A DNA stretch of 32,000 nucleotides. Origin: Acaryochloris thomasi RCC1774 (GTDB taxonomy: Bacteria; Cyanobacteriota; Cyanobacteriia; Thermosynechococcales; Thermosynechococcaceae). Position numbers and translations under genes: made by a program. The stretch's first letter is position 1. Each line of letters opens with the position of its first letter. The notes beneath the pieces are model-generated. The model made no database searches. It was not told where the DNA came from and saw nothing but the letters and a program-made list of their open reading frames with translations. Shown piece after piece: positions 23,888 to 32,000 of this stretch. The stretch lies in the NCBI RefSeq assembly GCF_003231495.1, contig NZ_PQWO01000002.1, forward strand, positions 330,001 to 362,000. Reading direction: 5' to 3'.

Positions 23888-25849
23888 ATGCAAGTTCAAA
23901 CTGGGATCAAGACAACCGAGTGGATGGATAGGGTCGAAGATGCGATCGCATCTTCCCAGAACTATCTCCTTTCAAAGCAGGATCCCAAAGGCTACTGGTG
24001 GGCCGAATTAGAATCGAACGTCTCAATTACCTCAGAAGCCGTTCTCATCCATAAAATCTGGGGGACTGACGGGACTCGCCCTCTAGCCAAAGCGGAAACC
24101 TATCTCCGTAACCAGCAGCGCGATCACGGCGGCTGGGAACTCTACTACGACGATGGCGGTGAACTCAGCGTTACCATCGAAGCCTATATGGCTCTGCGGC
24201 TGTTGGGTGTCCCTGCTACTGACCCGGCGTTGGTGTCAGCCCGTGCCTTTATTTTGGGGCGGGGTGGCATCAGCAAAAGTCGCATTTTCACGAAGCTGCA
24301 TCTCGCCCTGATTGGCTGCTACGAATGGAAAGGTATCCCATCGCTCCCGGCTTGGGTCATGCTAGTGCCGGAGTCGGCCCCCTTCACTATTTATGAAATG
24401 TCGAGTTGGGCCAGAGGCAGCACCGTGCCGCTGCTTCTCGTAATGGACCGGGAGCCAGTCTACGACCTAGGCATTACCTTAGATGAGCTGTACCCAGAGG
24501 GACGGATTCACGCCACCTTCGAGCTGCCTCGCAACAGTGACTGGACTGACGTGTTCGTTGGCTTAGACGGCATCTTCAAGTTTGCAGAAGCTAACAAATT
24601 TGTCCCGCTGCGTGAAGAGGGCCTTAAAGCTGCAGAACGCTGGGTACTAGAGCGGCAGGAAGCGACTGGTGACTGGGGTGGCATTATTCCGGCGATGCTC
24701 AATTCGCTGTTGGGCTTGAAAGCGCTGGACTATGATGTCCATGATCCCATCATTGAGCGGGGATTAGCTGCCGTTGATAATTTTGCGATTGAAACCGAGA
24801 CTGAATATCGGATACAGCCCTGTATCTCTCCCGTGTGGGACACCGCCCTAGTGATCCGGGCTTTAGCAGAGTCAGGCTTAGACCGAGACCATCCGGCCCT
24901 GGTTCAGGGGGGACAGTGGCTACTCGAAAAGCAGATTCTTGATTACGGTGACTGGAAAGTCAAGAATAAAGAAGGCGAACCGGGTGGCTGGGCCTTTGAG
25001 TTTGAAAATCGTTTTTATCCCGATGTAGATGATACGGCTGTCGTGGTGATGGCCCTTAATGAAGTGACGCTACCGGATGAGAATGCGAAGCAGGCTGCGG
25101 TGACGCGCGCCTTTAACTGGATTGCCACCATGCAGTGCAAGCCGGGGGGCTGGGCTGCCTTTGACATTGATAACGATCAGGACTGGCTAAACTGGCTTCC
25201 CTATGGGGATCTTAAGGCCATGATTGATCCCAACACCGCTGATGTGACGGCGCGGGTGTTAGAGATGCTGGGTCGCGCGCCGGATCCGGCCAGTCGCAAT
25301 GCTTCCTCCGCAGGCCATTTGCTGATAGACAGCAGAGTGAACCGAGGGCTAGCTTATCTCAAATCTGAACAAGAGTCTGATGGGAGCTGGTTTGGACGCT
25401 GGGGCGTGAACTACATCTACGGTACCAGCGGTGTTTTAGCTGCCTTGGCTCTGGTGGAACCCCGCAAGTTCCAGCTAGAAATTCAGAAAGGGGCGCAGTG
25501 GTTAGTAAGCTGTCAGAATGCGGATGGTGGCTGGGGTGAAACCTGCAAGAGCTATAACGATTCTAGCCTAAAGGGACAAGGACCCAGTACTGCATCTCAG
25601 ACGGCTTGGGCACTGATGGGGCTTTTGGCTGCAGATGATGCGGTGGGCACTTACCATCAACCTGCGATTGAGCGTGGCGTTGACTATTTGGTGACCACAC
25701 AGAAAGACGGAGCCTGGGATGAAGATCACTTCACAGGAACGGGTTTCCCCTGTCATTTTTATCTGAAATATCATCTTTATCAGCAACACTTTTCGCTCAC
25801 TGCCTTAGCTCGATATCAGACGATGTTGAACAAGAAAAATAGACCTTGA
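23888..25849 (+). CDS. shc: squalene-hopene cyclase
   Basis: 653 aa with the catalytic DVDDTA motif (PDVDDTAVVVMAL), multiple QW repeats (e.g. QNADGGWGE, QKDGAWDE) and GWAFEF. Confidence 0.95.
   Translation: MQVQTGIKTTEWMDRVEDAIASSQNYLLSKQDPKGYWWAELESNVSITSEAVLIHKIWGTDGTRPLAKAETYLRNQQRDHGGWELYYDDGGELSVTIEAYMALRLLGVPATDPALVSARAFILGRGGISKSRIFTKLHLALIGCYEWKGIPSLPAWVMLVPESAPFTIYEMSSWARGSTVPLLLVMDREPVYDLGITLDELYPEGRIHATFELPRNSDWTDVFVGLDGIFKFAEANKFVPLREEGLKAAERWVLERQEATGDWGGIIPAMLNSLLGLKALDYDVHDPIIERGLAAVDNFAIETETEYRIQPCISPVWDTALVIRALAESGLDRDHPALVQGGQWLLEKQILDYGDWKVKNKEGEPGGWAFEFENRFYPDVDDTAVVVMALNEVTLPDENAKQAAVTRAFNWIATMQCKPGGWAAFDIDNDQDWLNWLPYGDLKAMIDPNTADVTARVLEMLGRAPDPASRNASSAGHLLIDSRVNRGLAYLKSEQESDGSWFGRWGVNYIYGTSGVLAALALVEPRKFQLEIQKGAQWLVSCQNADGGWGETCKSYNDSSLKGQGPSTASQTAWALMGLLAADDAVGTYHQPAIERGVDYLVTTQKDGAWDEDHFTGTGFPCHFYLKYHLYQQHFSLTALARYQTMLNKKNRP
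23936..23955. repeat. 20-bp perfect palindrome centred on HIP1 inside shc
   Basis: GAAGATGCGATCGCATCTTC equals its own reverse complement and encodes EDAIASS. Confidence 0.9.
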
Positions 25850-26000
25850 TCATGTCTAGAAGTATGCTTTTTCCCTTGTCTTTCTTATCACTGCAATCAT
25901 CGATATAGACTGCAGATTCTTTGCCGCAGGAGTTGAGTCAGCAGATGTCGCGTCGGCGAGTTTGGTCGCCAGACTTGCGTGCTTATTCTAAGATTAAGAA

Positions 26001-26291
26001 ATGAAACACTTACTGGTAAGCCTCGTTCGGTTGTATCAGCGATTTATTTCGCCGCTGTTTCCGCCTACCTGTCGATTTCAGCCAAGCTGTTCGCACTATG
26101 CGATCGCATCTCTAACTCGCTTCGGCTTCCTGCGGGGGAGTGGGCTAGCCCTCTGGCGAATCCTACGCTGCCATCCCTGGAATAAAGGGGGGTACGATCC
26201 AGTCCCTGATGTGTTTTGGACAACGGACAAGACCTCGCTGGCCGATGTCGTTCATCGTCAATCAAGCCCTCAGAAGCCCCAAGATTATTAA
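26001..26291 (+). CDS. yidD: membrane protein insertion efficiency factor YidD
   Basis: [58 protein letters not shown] is the YidD signature. It carries a C-terminal extension of about 25 aa. Confidence 0.85.
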   Translation: MKHLLVSLVRLYQRFISPLFPPTCRFQPSCSHYAIASLTRFGFLRGSGLALWRILRCHPWNKGGYDPVPDVFWTTDKTSLADVVHRQSSPQKPQDY

Positions 26292-26311
26292 ATAGCCCCT
26301 GTTTATACAAC

Positions 26312-27451
26312 GTGATTACCCAAGCCCCCACCATTGATCAAATCCTGACGCAGGCCTTATCCGGCCAAGCACTGACGCCGGATGCTGGGGTGCTGCTGCT
26401 AGAGCAAACCGATCCGTCCGCCTGGAGCGATATCCAGCAGGCGGCTGACCAGATGCGGCAGGATCTGGTGGGCGATACCGTTACCTATGTGGTGAACCGC
26501 AACATTAATTTCACCAATATCTGTGAGCAGCATTGTAACTTCTGTGCCTTCCGTCGAGATGCCGACCAGGAAGGTGCCTACTGGTTAACAGAGGCCCAAA
26601 TCTTAGAAAAGGCCGCCGATGCCCGTCAGCGGGGCGCGACTGAAATCTGCATGCAGGGGGGACTCAATCTTGAAGCAAAGCTTGAGGGGCAGTCCTTGCC
26701 CTACTATGTGCGATTGGTGAAGACCTTGAAGGCGTCCTTCCCAGAGATTCATCTCCATGCGTTTTCGCCCCAAGAGATTGAGTTTATTGCCCGCGAAGAT
26801 CGGCGCTCTTTTACTGACGTGATCTCGGCCCTCAGCGAAGCTGGCGTTGATTCAATGCCGGGGACCGCCGCTGAGATTCTCGACGATCAGGTGCGGCGGG
26901 TACTGTGTCCGGAGAAAATCGATACGGCCACTTGGCTAGAGGTGGTGTCAGCCGCCCATCAGCTTGGCGTGCCTACCACCAGCACGATGCTGTCGGGGCA
27001 TATCGAGACCCCCGCACAGCAAATTGGGCATTTAGAAAGGTTGCGATCGCATCAACAAAAAATGCAGTCCCAAGGCAACATTGGCTTTAGTGAATTTGTG
27101 CTGCTGCCCTACGTGGGTCAAGATGCCCCACCTGCCCTGCGTCGCCGCGTCGGACGCGATCAGCCCACCCTAGAAGAAGTCCTACATCTGACCGCCGTGG
27201 CGCGCTTATTCTTGGGGCGCTGGATGGTCAACCATCAGCCGAGCTGGGTGAAGTTGGGGGTGCAGGGGGCCGCTCAAGCCCTGCAGTGGGGCTGTAACGA
27301 CATTGGCGGTACCTTAATGGAAGAACATATCACCACCATGGCCGGTGCTCAGGGGGGGACCTGCTTATCAGAGTCTGAGCTGCAAAACGCCATTAAAGCT
27401 ATCGATCGTCCCTATCGGCAGCGGACGACGCTGTATGGTTGGGTTGCCTAA
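26312..27451 (+). CDS. cofH: radical SAM enzyme, FO synthase subunit 2 (CofH-type)
   Basis: [22 protein letters not shown] holds the CxxxCxxC cluster motif, and the layout is CofH/MqnC-like. CofH is the expected family member in cyanobacteria. The start is uncertain; I chose the GTG at 26312, just after the yidD stop, whereas the ORF track begins at 26216 inside yidD. Confidence 0.7.
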   Translation: MITQAPTIDQILTQALSGQALTPDAGVLLLEQTDPSAWSDIQQAADQMRQDLVGDTVTYVVNRNINFTNICEQHCNFCAFRRDADQEGAYWLTEAQILEKAADARQRGATEICMQGGLNLEAKLEGQSLPYYVRLVKTLKASFPEIHLHAFSPQEIEFIAREDRRSFTDVISALSEAGVDSMPGTAAEILDDQVRRVLCPEKIDTATWLEVVSAAHQLGVPTTSTMLSGHIETPAQQIGHLERLRSHQQKMQSQGNIGFSEFVLLPYVGQDAPPALRRRVGRDQPTLEEVLHLTAVARLFLGRWMVNHQPSWVKLGVQGAAQALQWGCNDIGGTLMEEHITTMAGAQGGTCLSESELQNAIKAIDRPYRQRTTLYGWVA

Positions 27452-27591
27452 TTTCAGCGTCATCTCGGAGCGGCGGTAGCCGTACTCATGTCAACATTAG
27501 CCAACTCTGTATCCCATAAATCTGTGACGAGGCCTTTACCAATGTCTCTGCCATTGTGCATACTGGCCTCTGAGGTTTGGATGGGACAGCT

Positions 27592-29289
27592 ATGAGAGGT
27601 CAGCAACAACCGCGAAAACGCACTAAAGCGAATTCTTCCCGGTTATCGCCGCAGAGACGTCGCCAAAATCATAAGTCTCGTTCGCTTGCTATCACCGTCG
27701 GGGGTGCGCTGCTCCTGATCGTCGGCGGAGCCATTGCCTTTGCCCTACTCCAGGGACGGAGCGGTGGACGCAAAGCCTTTGGTCCCACGGCTCTTCTACC
27801 TCAGGACACCCTACTCTCCGTCACTGTTTCCACCAACATAGGTCAATGGAAGGCACTGACAAAGTTAGGAACAGAGCAGTCTCAGAAAAACCTGCAAACG
27901 AATCTGCAGGACATCGAAAAAACGGTCCTCACCCAAGGACTGAGTTATGAAGAGAATATTGCCCCCTGGGTTGGCGATCAAATCACAATGGCCTTTTTGC
28001 CCCCTACGGCTGAGTCTGGTCCCGAATTTGAAGATCAGGCAACTATTTGGATCCTGCCGGTCCGCAATTCAGGTCGAGCCAAAAAGCTTTTTATCGAGAA
28101 GTTAGCCACCTCTGGCAATCAAGCGCAAAGCCGAACCTACCAAGATGTCGAGATCCAAGAGTTTCAGCTTGAAGACCAGCAATATGCGATCGCAACCCCC
28201 GACAAGCGCAATCTCGTCTTTACTGCCGCAGGCGCACCCATCGATCAGGTGATCGATACCCTCAAAGGTAAGCCCTCTATTTCTGCAACGCCACGCTTTA
28301 CAGAAGCCATCTCTGAAATTGGGGCCAGCAGCCCCCTTGCCCAGATATATATCAACATGCCCTTAGCGACGGCACAGCTAGCCGCCGGGTCAAATCAGCC
28401 GATCTCTGAAGCCTCTCTGGCGCGTATCCAAGAAGTGCGAGGTTTAGGCTCCACCGTGACTCTAGACGCAGACGATACTCTTAATTTCAAAACCATTACT
28501 TGGCTAGATCCAGAGGCCAAGTATCCCCTAGTAGTCAAAAACGACGCTGCAGGGATGGCAAAGCGCCTGCCCGCCAACACCCTGATGATGGCTTCCGGCG
28601 GAAACTTCCAGGAGCTGTGGCAGGCTTATGCCAAAGGCACAAGTGCCAAACTGATTGTGCCCTTTAACCCTAAGTCCTGGACGGACAGCTTTGTTGAACT
28701 CACCGGCATCGACTTCAACACGACCTTCATTCCCTGGCTCGATCGCAAATTTGCAGGGGCCATCGTGCCTGCTCAAGATAACAACGATCAAAATATTGGC
28801 CTCGTTGCCCTAGCCCAGACCAGTGACAGCACCGCAGCGCTTCAGGCCTTCAAGCAGCTCGATGATGCCGTGCGCGAACAGCGCGATTTTCAGATTGCCG
28901 AATCCAAAATCGACAAATCGTCCGTGATTACCTGGAAGGTTCCGCCCGGATTGCCGATTGCGAGTCACGGTTCGCTCAGTGACAAAACGATGTTCTTTAC
29001 CATTGGTGCCCCGGTCCCCATTGCCAAGCAGCTCGTGGAGTCTCAGTCCAGCCTCAATCAGGCCGAACTCTTTAAAGATGCGACCCAATCTTCCCTGAAG
29101 TCCCATAACGGCCAGTTCTTCGTTCATGTGCCTCGGATGCTGAAGGTGATGGATACGAATCCCCTCTTTCCTAAAATTGCCCCAGGTACGCAAGAATATG
29201 CCCAGGGTATTGAAGCGATTGGCATGACCACGGCCATCAGCAGCCCCTGGAGTGCTCGCTATGATATTCGCGTCAAGTTAAAAAACTAA
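27592..29289 (+). CDS. membrane-anchored conserved hypothetical protein (DUF3352-like)
   Basis: About 565 aa with a basic N-terminus, a single TM (LAITVGGALLLIVGGAIAFALL) and a large extracytoplasmic domain. The DUF3352 assignment is from memory of size and architecture only. I prefer the ATG at 27592 over the TTG at 27577. Confidence 0.65.
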   Translation: MRGQQQPRKRTKANSSRLSPQRRRQNHKSRSLAITVGGALLLIVGGAIAFALLQGRSGGRKAFGPTALLPQDTLLSVTVSTNIGQWKALTKLGTEQSQKNLQTNLQDIEKTVLTQGLSYEENIAPWVGDQITMAFLPPTAESGPEFEDQATIWILPVRNSGRAKKLFIEKLATSGNQAQSRTYQDVEIQEFQLEDQQYAIATPDKRNLVFTAAGAPIDQVIDTLKGKPSISATPRFTEAISEIGASSPLAQIYINMPLATAQLAAGSNQPISEASLARIQEVRGLGSTVTLDADDTLNFKTITWLDPEAKYPLVVKNDAAGMAKRLPANTLMMASGGNFQELWQAYAKGTSAKLIVPFNPKSWTDSFVELTGIDFNTTFIPWLDRKFAGAIVPAQDNNDQNIGLVALAQTSDSTAALQAFKQLDDAVREQRDFQIAESKIDKSSVITWKVPPGLPIASHGSLSDKTMFFTIGAPVPIAKQLVESQSSLNQAELFKDATQSSLKSHNGQFFVHVPRMLKVMDTNPLFPKIAPGTQEYAQGIEAIGMTTAISSPWSARYDIRVKLKN

Positions 29290-29329
29290 CGGCCAAAATG
29301 TCGGTGCCCAAAAATAGCGGGAATGTTGG

Positions 29330-30418
29330 ATGAAGACTGTTTTAGTGACGGGTGGATCTGGATTTATCGGCGCTAATTTTATCCTTAAAGCTCGCCATGA
29401 TCACTGGTTCAATGTTGTTAATCTCGACAAATTGACCTATGCCAGCAACCCTCACACGCTAGATGCTGTAGCGGGCGATCCAGGCTACTGCTTTTGTCGG
29501 GGTGATATTTCTGACTCTCAACAGGTTAAGGCGCTGCTAGACAAGCATCAGCCTGAGGCCGTCATCAACTTCGCGGCTGAAAGTCATGTCGATCGCTCCA
29601 TTCTCCGTCCTGAAGCCTTTATTCAGACGAACATTCTGGGCACCTTTCGGCTTCTAGAATCTTGCAAGATCTACTGGGAACATCTGCCTCCAGAGAAGCA
29701 GGCGAATTTCAGATTCTTACACATCTCAACCGATGAGGTTTTTGGCTCCTTAGGGCCCGATGACCCTGCCTTTCGAGAAGAAACGCCCTATGCGCCCAAC
29801 AGCCCCTACTCAGCTTCTAAAGCCAGCTCAGATCACCTTGTCCGGTCTTATCATCACACCTATGGCCTGCCGATTCTGACGACCAACTGCTCAAATAATT
29901 ATGGTCCGTACCAGTTCCCAGAGAAGCTGATCCCGCTGATGATTCTGAACGCTAGGGAGGGGCAACCGCTACCCATCTATGGCGATGGTCAAAATATTCG
30001 AGATTGGCTCTACGTTGAAGACCATTGTGAGGCTATTTGGCTGGTGCTGCAGCGGGGCCGCTTGGGAGAGTCTTACAATGTGGGTGGCAATAACGAAGTG
30101 ACGAATCTAGAGGTTGTGCAGCAGATTTGTGCGAGACTCAACCAGTTATCGCCAAAAGAAAACTTCGACTATGCGTCTTTGGTAACGTTCGTGAAAGATC
30201 GGCCAGGGCACGATCGCCGCTATGCGATTGACAGCACTAAGATTCAGCGTGAACTGGGCTGGGTGCCTCAAGAAAGTTTCGAAAGTGGCCTGTCGAAAAC
30301 GATTCAGTGGTACCTAGACCATCCAGACTGGATTGAACAGGTGCGATCTGGCGCTTATCAAGCTTGGATTCAGCAAAACTATGATCATGCACGTTCTTCC
30401 GCAGCTCCTGACTCTTGA
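29330..30418 (+). CDS. rfbB: dTDP-glucose 4,6-dehydratase
   Basis: 362 aa with the Rossmann motif TGGSGFIGANF, the catalytic YSASKA, the STDEVFG block and DRPGHDRRYAID. Confidence 0.93.
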   Translation: MKTVLVTGGSGFIGANFILKARHDHWFNVVNLDKLTYASNPHTLDAVAGDPGYCFCRGDISDSQQVKALLDKHQPEAVINFAAESHVDRSILRPEAFIQTNILGTFRLLESCKIYWEHLPPEKQANFRFLHISTDEVFGSLGPDDPAFREETPYAPNSPYSASKASSDHLVRSYHHTYGLPILTTNCSNNYGPYQFPEKLIPLMILNAREGQPLPIYGDGQNIRDWLYVEDHCEAIWLVLQRGRLGESYNVGGNNEVTNLEVVQQICARLNQLSPKENFDYASLVTFVKDRPGHDRRYAIDSTKIQRELGWVPQESFESGLSKTIQWYLDHPDWIEQVRSGAYQAWIQQNYDHARSSAAPDS

Positions 30419-30433
30419 CTCGGCCCTAAACCC

Positions 30434-31309
30434 ATGAAAGGTATTGTTCTCGCCGGAGGCTCGGGCACTCGACTAGCTCCCCTCACTGAGGTGGTCAGTA
30501 AGCAATTAATGCCGGTTTATGACAAGCCGATGATTTATTATCCCCTGTCAACCCTGATGCTGGCCGGGATTCGGGACATTTTGATTATCTCTACGCCCCG
30601 TCATTTACCGTTATTTCAGCAACTGCTGGGTGATGGTCACCAGTGGGGGCTAGATCTGAGCTATGTTGAGCAACCCCGCCCCGAAGGACTGGCCCAGGCT
30701 TTTATTCTGGGACGAGACTTCATTGGCGGGGAGCCGGTTTGTTTGGTGCTGGGTGACAACTTGTTTTATGGTCACGGCCTGCCAGAGGTTTTAGGTCAAG
30801 GCGCTCAGCTACAGTCAGGAGCCTTAATCTTTGGCTATCGCGTGCTGGAACCGCAGCATTACGGCGTTGTGGAGTTTGACCAGGCTGGCTATGTGGTGGG
30901 TTTAGAAGAAAAGCCCCAGCAGCCAAAGTCTAAATATGCGGTGCCGGGGATTTATTTCTACGACTCTAGGGTTGTTGAGTTTGCCGCTAAATTGAAGCCT
31001 TCGGCACGGGGTGAACTAGAAATTACGGATCTGAGTCGGGAGTACCTGAAGCGCGGCGAGTTGAAAGTGGAGCTTTTGGGCCGAGGCTATGCTTGGCTCG
31101 ATACTGGGACGCATGACACCTTGCATCAGGCGGGCAGCTTCATCCAGACGCTGGAGCAGCGCCAAGGGTTCAAGGTTGCCTGTGTTGAAGAGATTGCCTA
31201 CCGGCAAGGCTATATCGATGCGGCTCAACTTAGCCAATTGGCACAGCCGCTGGCGAAAAGCGGCTACGGAAAGTATTTACTCACTCTCCTGGAGAGTGAT
31301 CTCATCTAG
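30434..31309 (+). CDS. rfbA: glucose-1-phosphate thymidylyltransferase
   Basis: 291 aa with [28 protein letters not shown], and the EKP and YAWLDTGT blocks typical of RmlA. Confidence 0.93.
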   Translation: MKGIVLAGGSGTRLAPLTEVVSKQLMPVYDKPMIYYPLSTLMLAGIRDILIISTPRHLPLFQQLLGDGHQWGLDLSYVEQPRPEGLAQAFILGRDFIGGEPVCLVLGDNLFYGHGLPEVLGQGAQLQSGALIFGYRVLEPQHYGVVEFDQAGYVVGLEEKPQQPKSKYAVPGIYFYDSRVVEFAAKLKPSARGELEITDLSREYLKRGELKVELLGRGYAWLDTGTHDTLHQAGSFIQTLEQRQGFKVACVEEIAYRQGYIDAAQLSQLAQPLAKSGYGKYLLTLLESDLI

Positions 31310-31384
31310 GTTCAATCTCATGCAATAGGATGCTTCTAGGTTCCTATGCAATACTGCAAATAATTATTTTTATTCTCTATCGTC

Positions 31385-31690
31385 ATGGCTCAGCCTCCGA
31401 AAGCCAAACTTGGACAACCTGACCAACAGCATCCTCAGTGGTATCGCGATCGCCAAGTTGCAGACCGATTGATGCGCGAAGAACCCACGAATCTCAACCT
31501 TGCTGAGCTGGCCCGCCTCCGGATTCGCTATACCGGTTTTCCGGGGGGCTGGGATATTCAGACGGATCTCGATACGGTCCTGAAAAAATGGGAACTGACC
31601 GAAGAATCGCTGTTTGAAAAGACGCGGTTGATTCATGAGACCGAGCAGCTCTACAGCATCAAAACTAGCAAGAAAGAAGACTGGACCTAG
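31385..31690 (+). CDS. small conserved cyanobacterial protein (DUF3288-like)
   Basis: 101 aa. DQQHPQWYRDRQVADRLM… LAELARLRIRYTGFPGGWDIQTDLD matches my memory of DUF3288. Contains a HIP1 site (31446-31453). Confidence 0.6.
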   Translation: MAQPPKAKLGQPDQQHPQWYRDRQVADRLMREEPTNLNLAELARLRIRYTGFPGGWDIQTDLDTVLKKWELTEESLFEKTRLIHETEQLYSIKTSKKEDWT

Positions 31691-31928
31691 GGTCGAGCTT
31701 TGCGGATGGGTCGATAATCGCTATATCAGACACAGACTGGATTTGAGGCAGACTGGTATGATTGATCTACCGCTTCATATAGAAGTGCTTAGGTCCTTTT
31801 CTGTAGACCTGCAGCGACTGCACCTCAGCGGCCTTTGTTCTGCGTGCAGACATTGGACTCTACGCGTCTACGCTACTGCCGTGATGAAAACGCTGAGGCT
31901 ATGACAATACCCAACATTGAGTTGCCCT

Positions 31929-32000
31929 ATGACAGCATGTGAGTATCAGATTGGTTTGGAAGGTATTCCTGCCGCCCAGTCAAGAATTAGCTACGTCGAT
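31929..32000 (+). CDS. gltA: citrate synthase, 5' fragment (continues beyond window)
   Basis: Hand translation from the ATG at 31929 gives MTACEYQIGLEGIPAAQSRISYVD. The GLEG(V/I)PA.QS.ISY(V/I)D block is the typical N-terminus of bacterial type II citrate synthases. Only 24 codons are visible. Confidence 0.5.
   Translation, partial: MTACEYQIGLEGIPAAQSRISYVD

Noticed and set aside
26216-26311. cofH ORF beginning at 26216 and overlapping 76 nt of yidD
   Set aside because: The overlapping segment translates to a non-conserved Ser/Arg/Pro-rich peptide. An in-frame GTG at 26312 right after the yidD stop gives a CofH-sized product. The exact start remains uncertain.
31635-31904. 89-aa ORF overlapping the 3' end of the DUF3288-like gene
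   Set aside because: It starts inside the better-supported gene in another frame. Its sequence is Arg/Leu/Cys-rich with no motifs. The interval is more likely the gltA upstream region.
1-32000. CRISPR arrays, tRNA/rRNA/tmRNA/RNase P genes, IS elements, tandem repeat arrays
   Set aside because: I scanned the spacers longer than 100 bp and saw no regularly spaced direct repeats, no tRNA-like T-arm (GGTTCGAATCC-type) context, no conserved RNase P or tmRNA blocks and no transposase-like ORFs. This visual scan cannot exclude small or divergent RNAs.

Overview
This window reads as a chromosomal segment of a beta-cyanobacterium. The evidence is a form-IB RuBisCO operon (rbcL-rbcX-rbcS), a squalene-hopene cyclase, several cyanobacteria-typical DUF genes, and 18 copies (counted by eye) of the HIP1 octamer GCGATCGC. 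Most of it is densely packed housekeeping: pyrB, dapB, aroK, an IscA/HesB-type Fe-S protein, yidD, cofH, rfbB-rfbA, and the first 24 codons of a citrate synthase at the right edge. I found no rRNA, tRNA, CRISPR array, transposase or recognisable defence operon, and no clear multi-gene novel system. The best leads are single-gene oddities. (1) A large-serine-recombinase homolog has every canonical catalytic residue of its resolvase domain substituted, while its DNA-binding, zinc-ribbon and coiled-coil parts look intact. (2) An isocitrate/isopropylmalate-dehydrogenase paralog carries several active-site substitutions. (3) An orphan, AT-richer Wzz/BY-kinase-like gene has a degenerate Walker A' motif, an internal insertion and no C-terminal tyrosine cluster, and sits directly upstream of a UPF0182 giant membrane protein. 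(4) A HIP1-free stretch holds an unclassifiable secreted His/Trp-rich protein and an orphan DUF928 protein. (5) An 880-bp ORF-poor, AT-rich spacer lies between two convergent genes. Smaller structural observations include HIP1-centred extended palindromes and repeats upstream of rbcL. All family assignments come from motif recognition by eye and memory; no searches were run.
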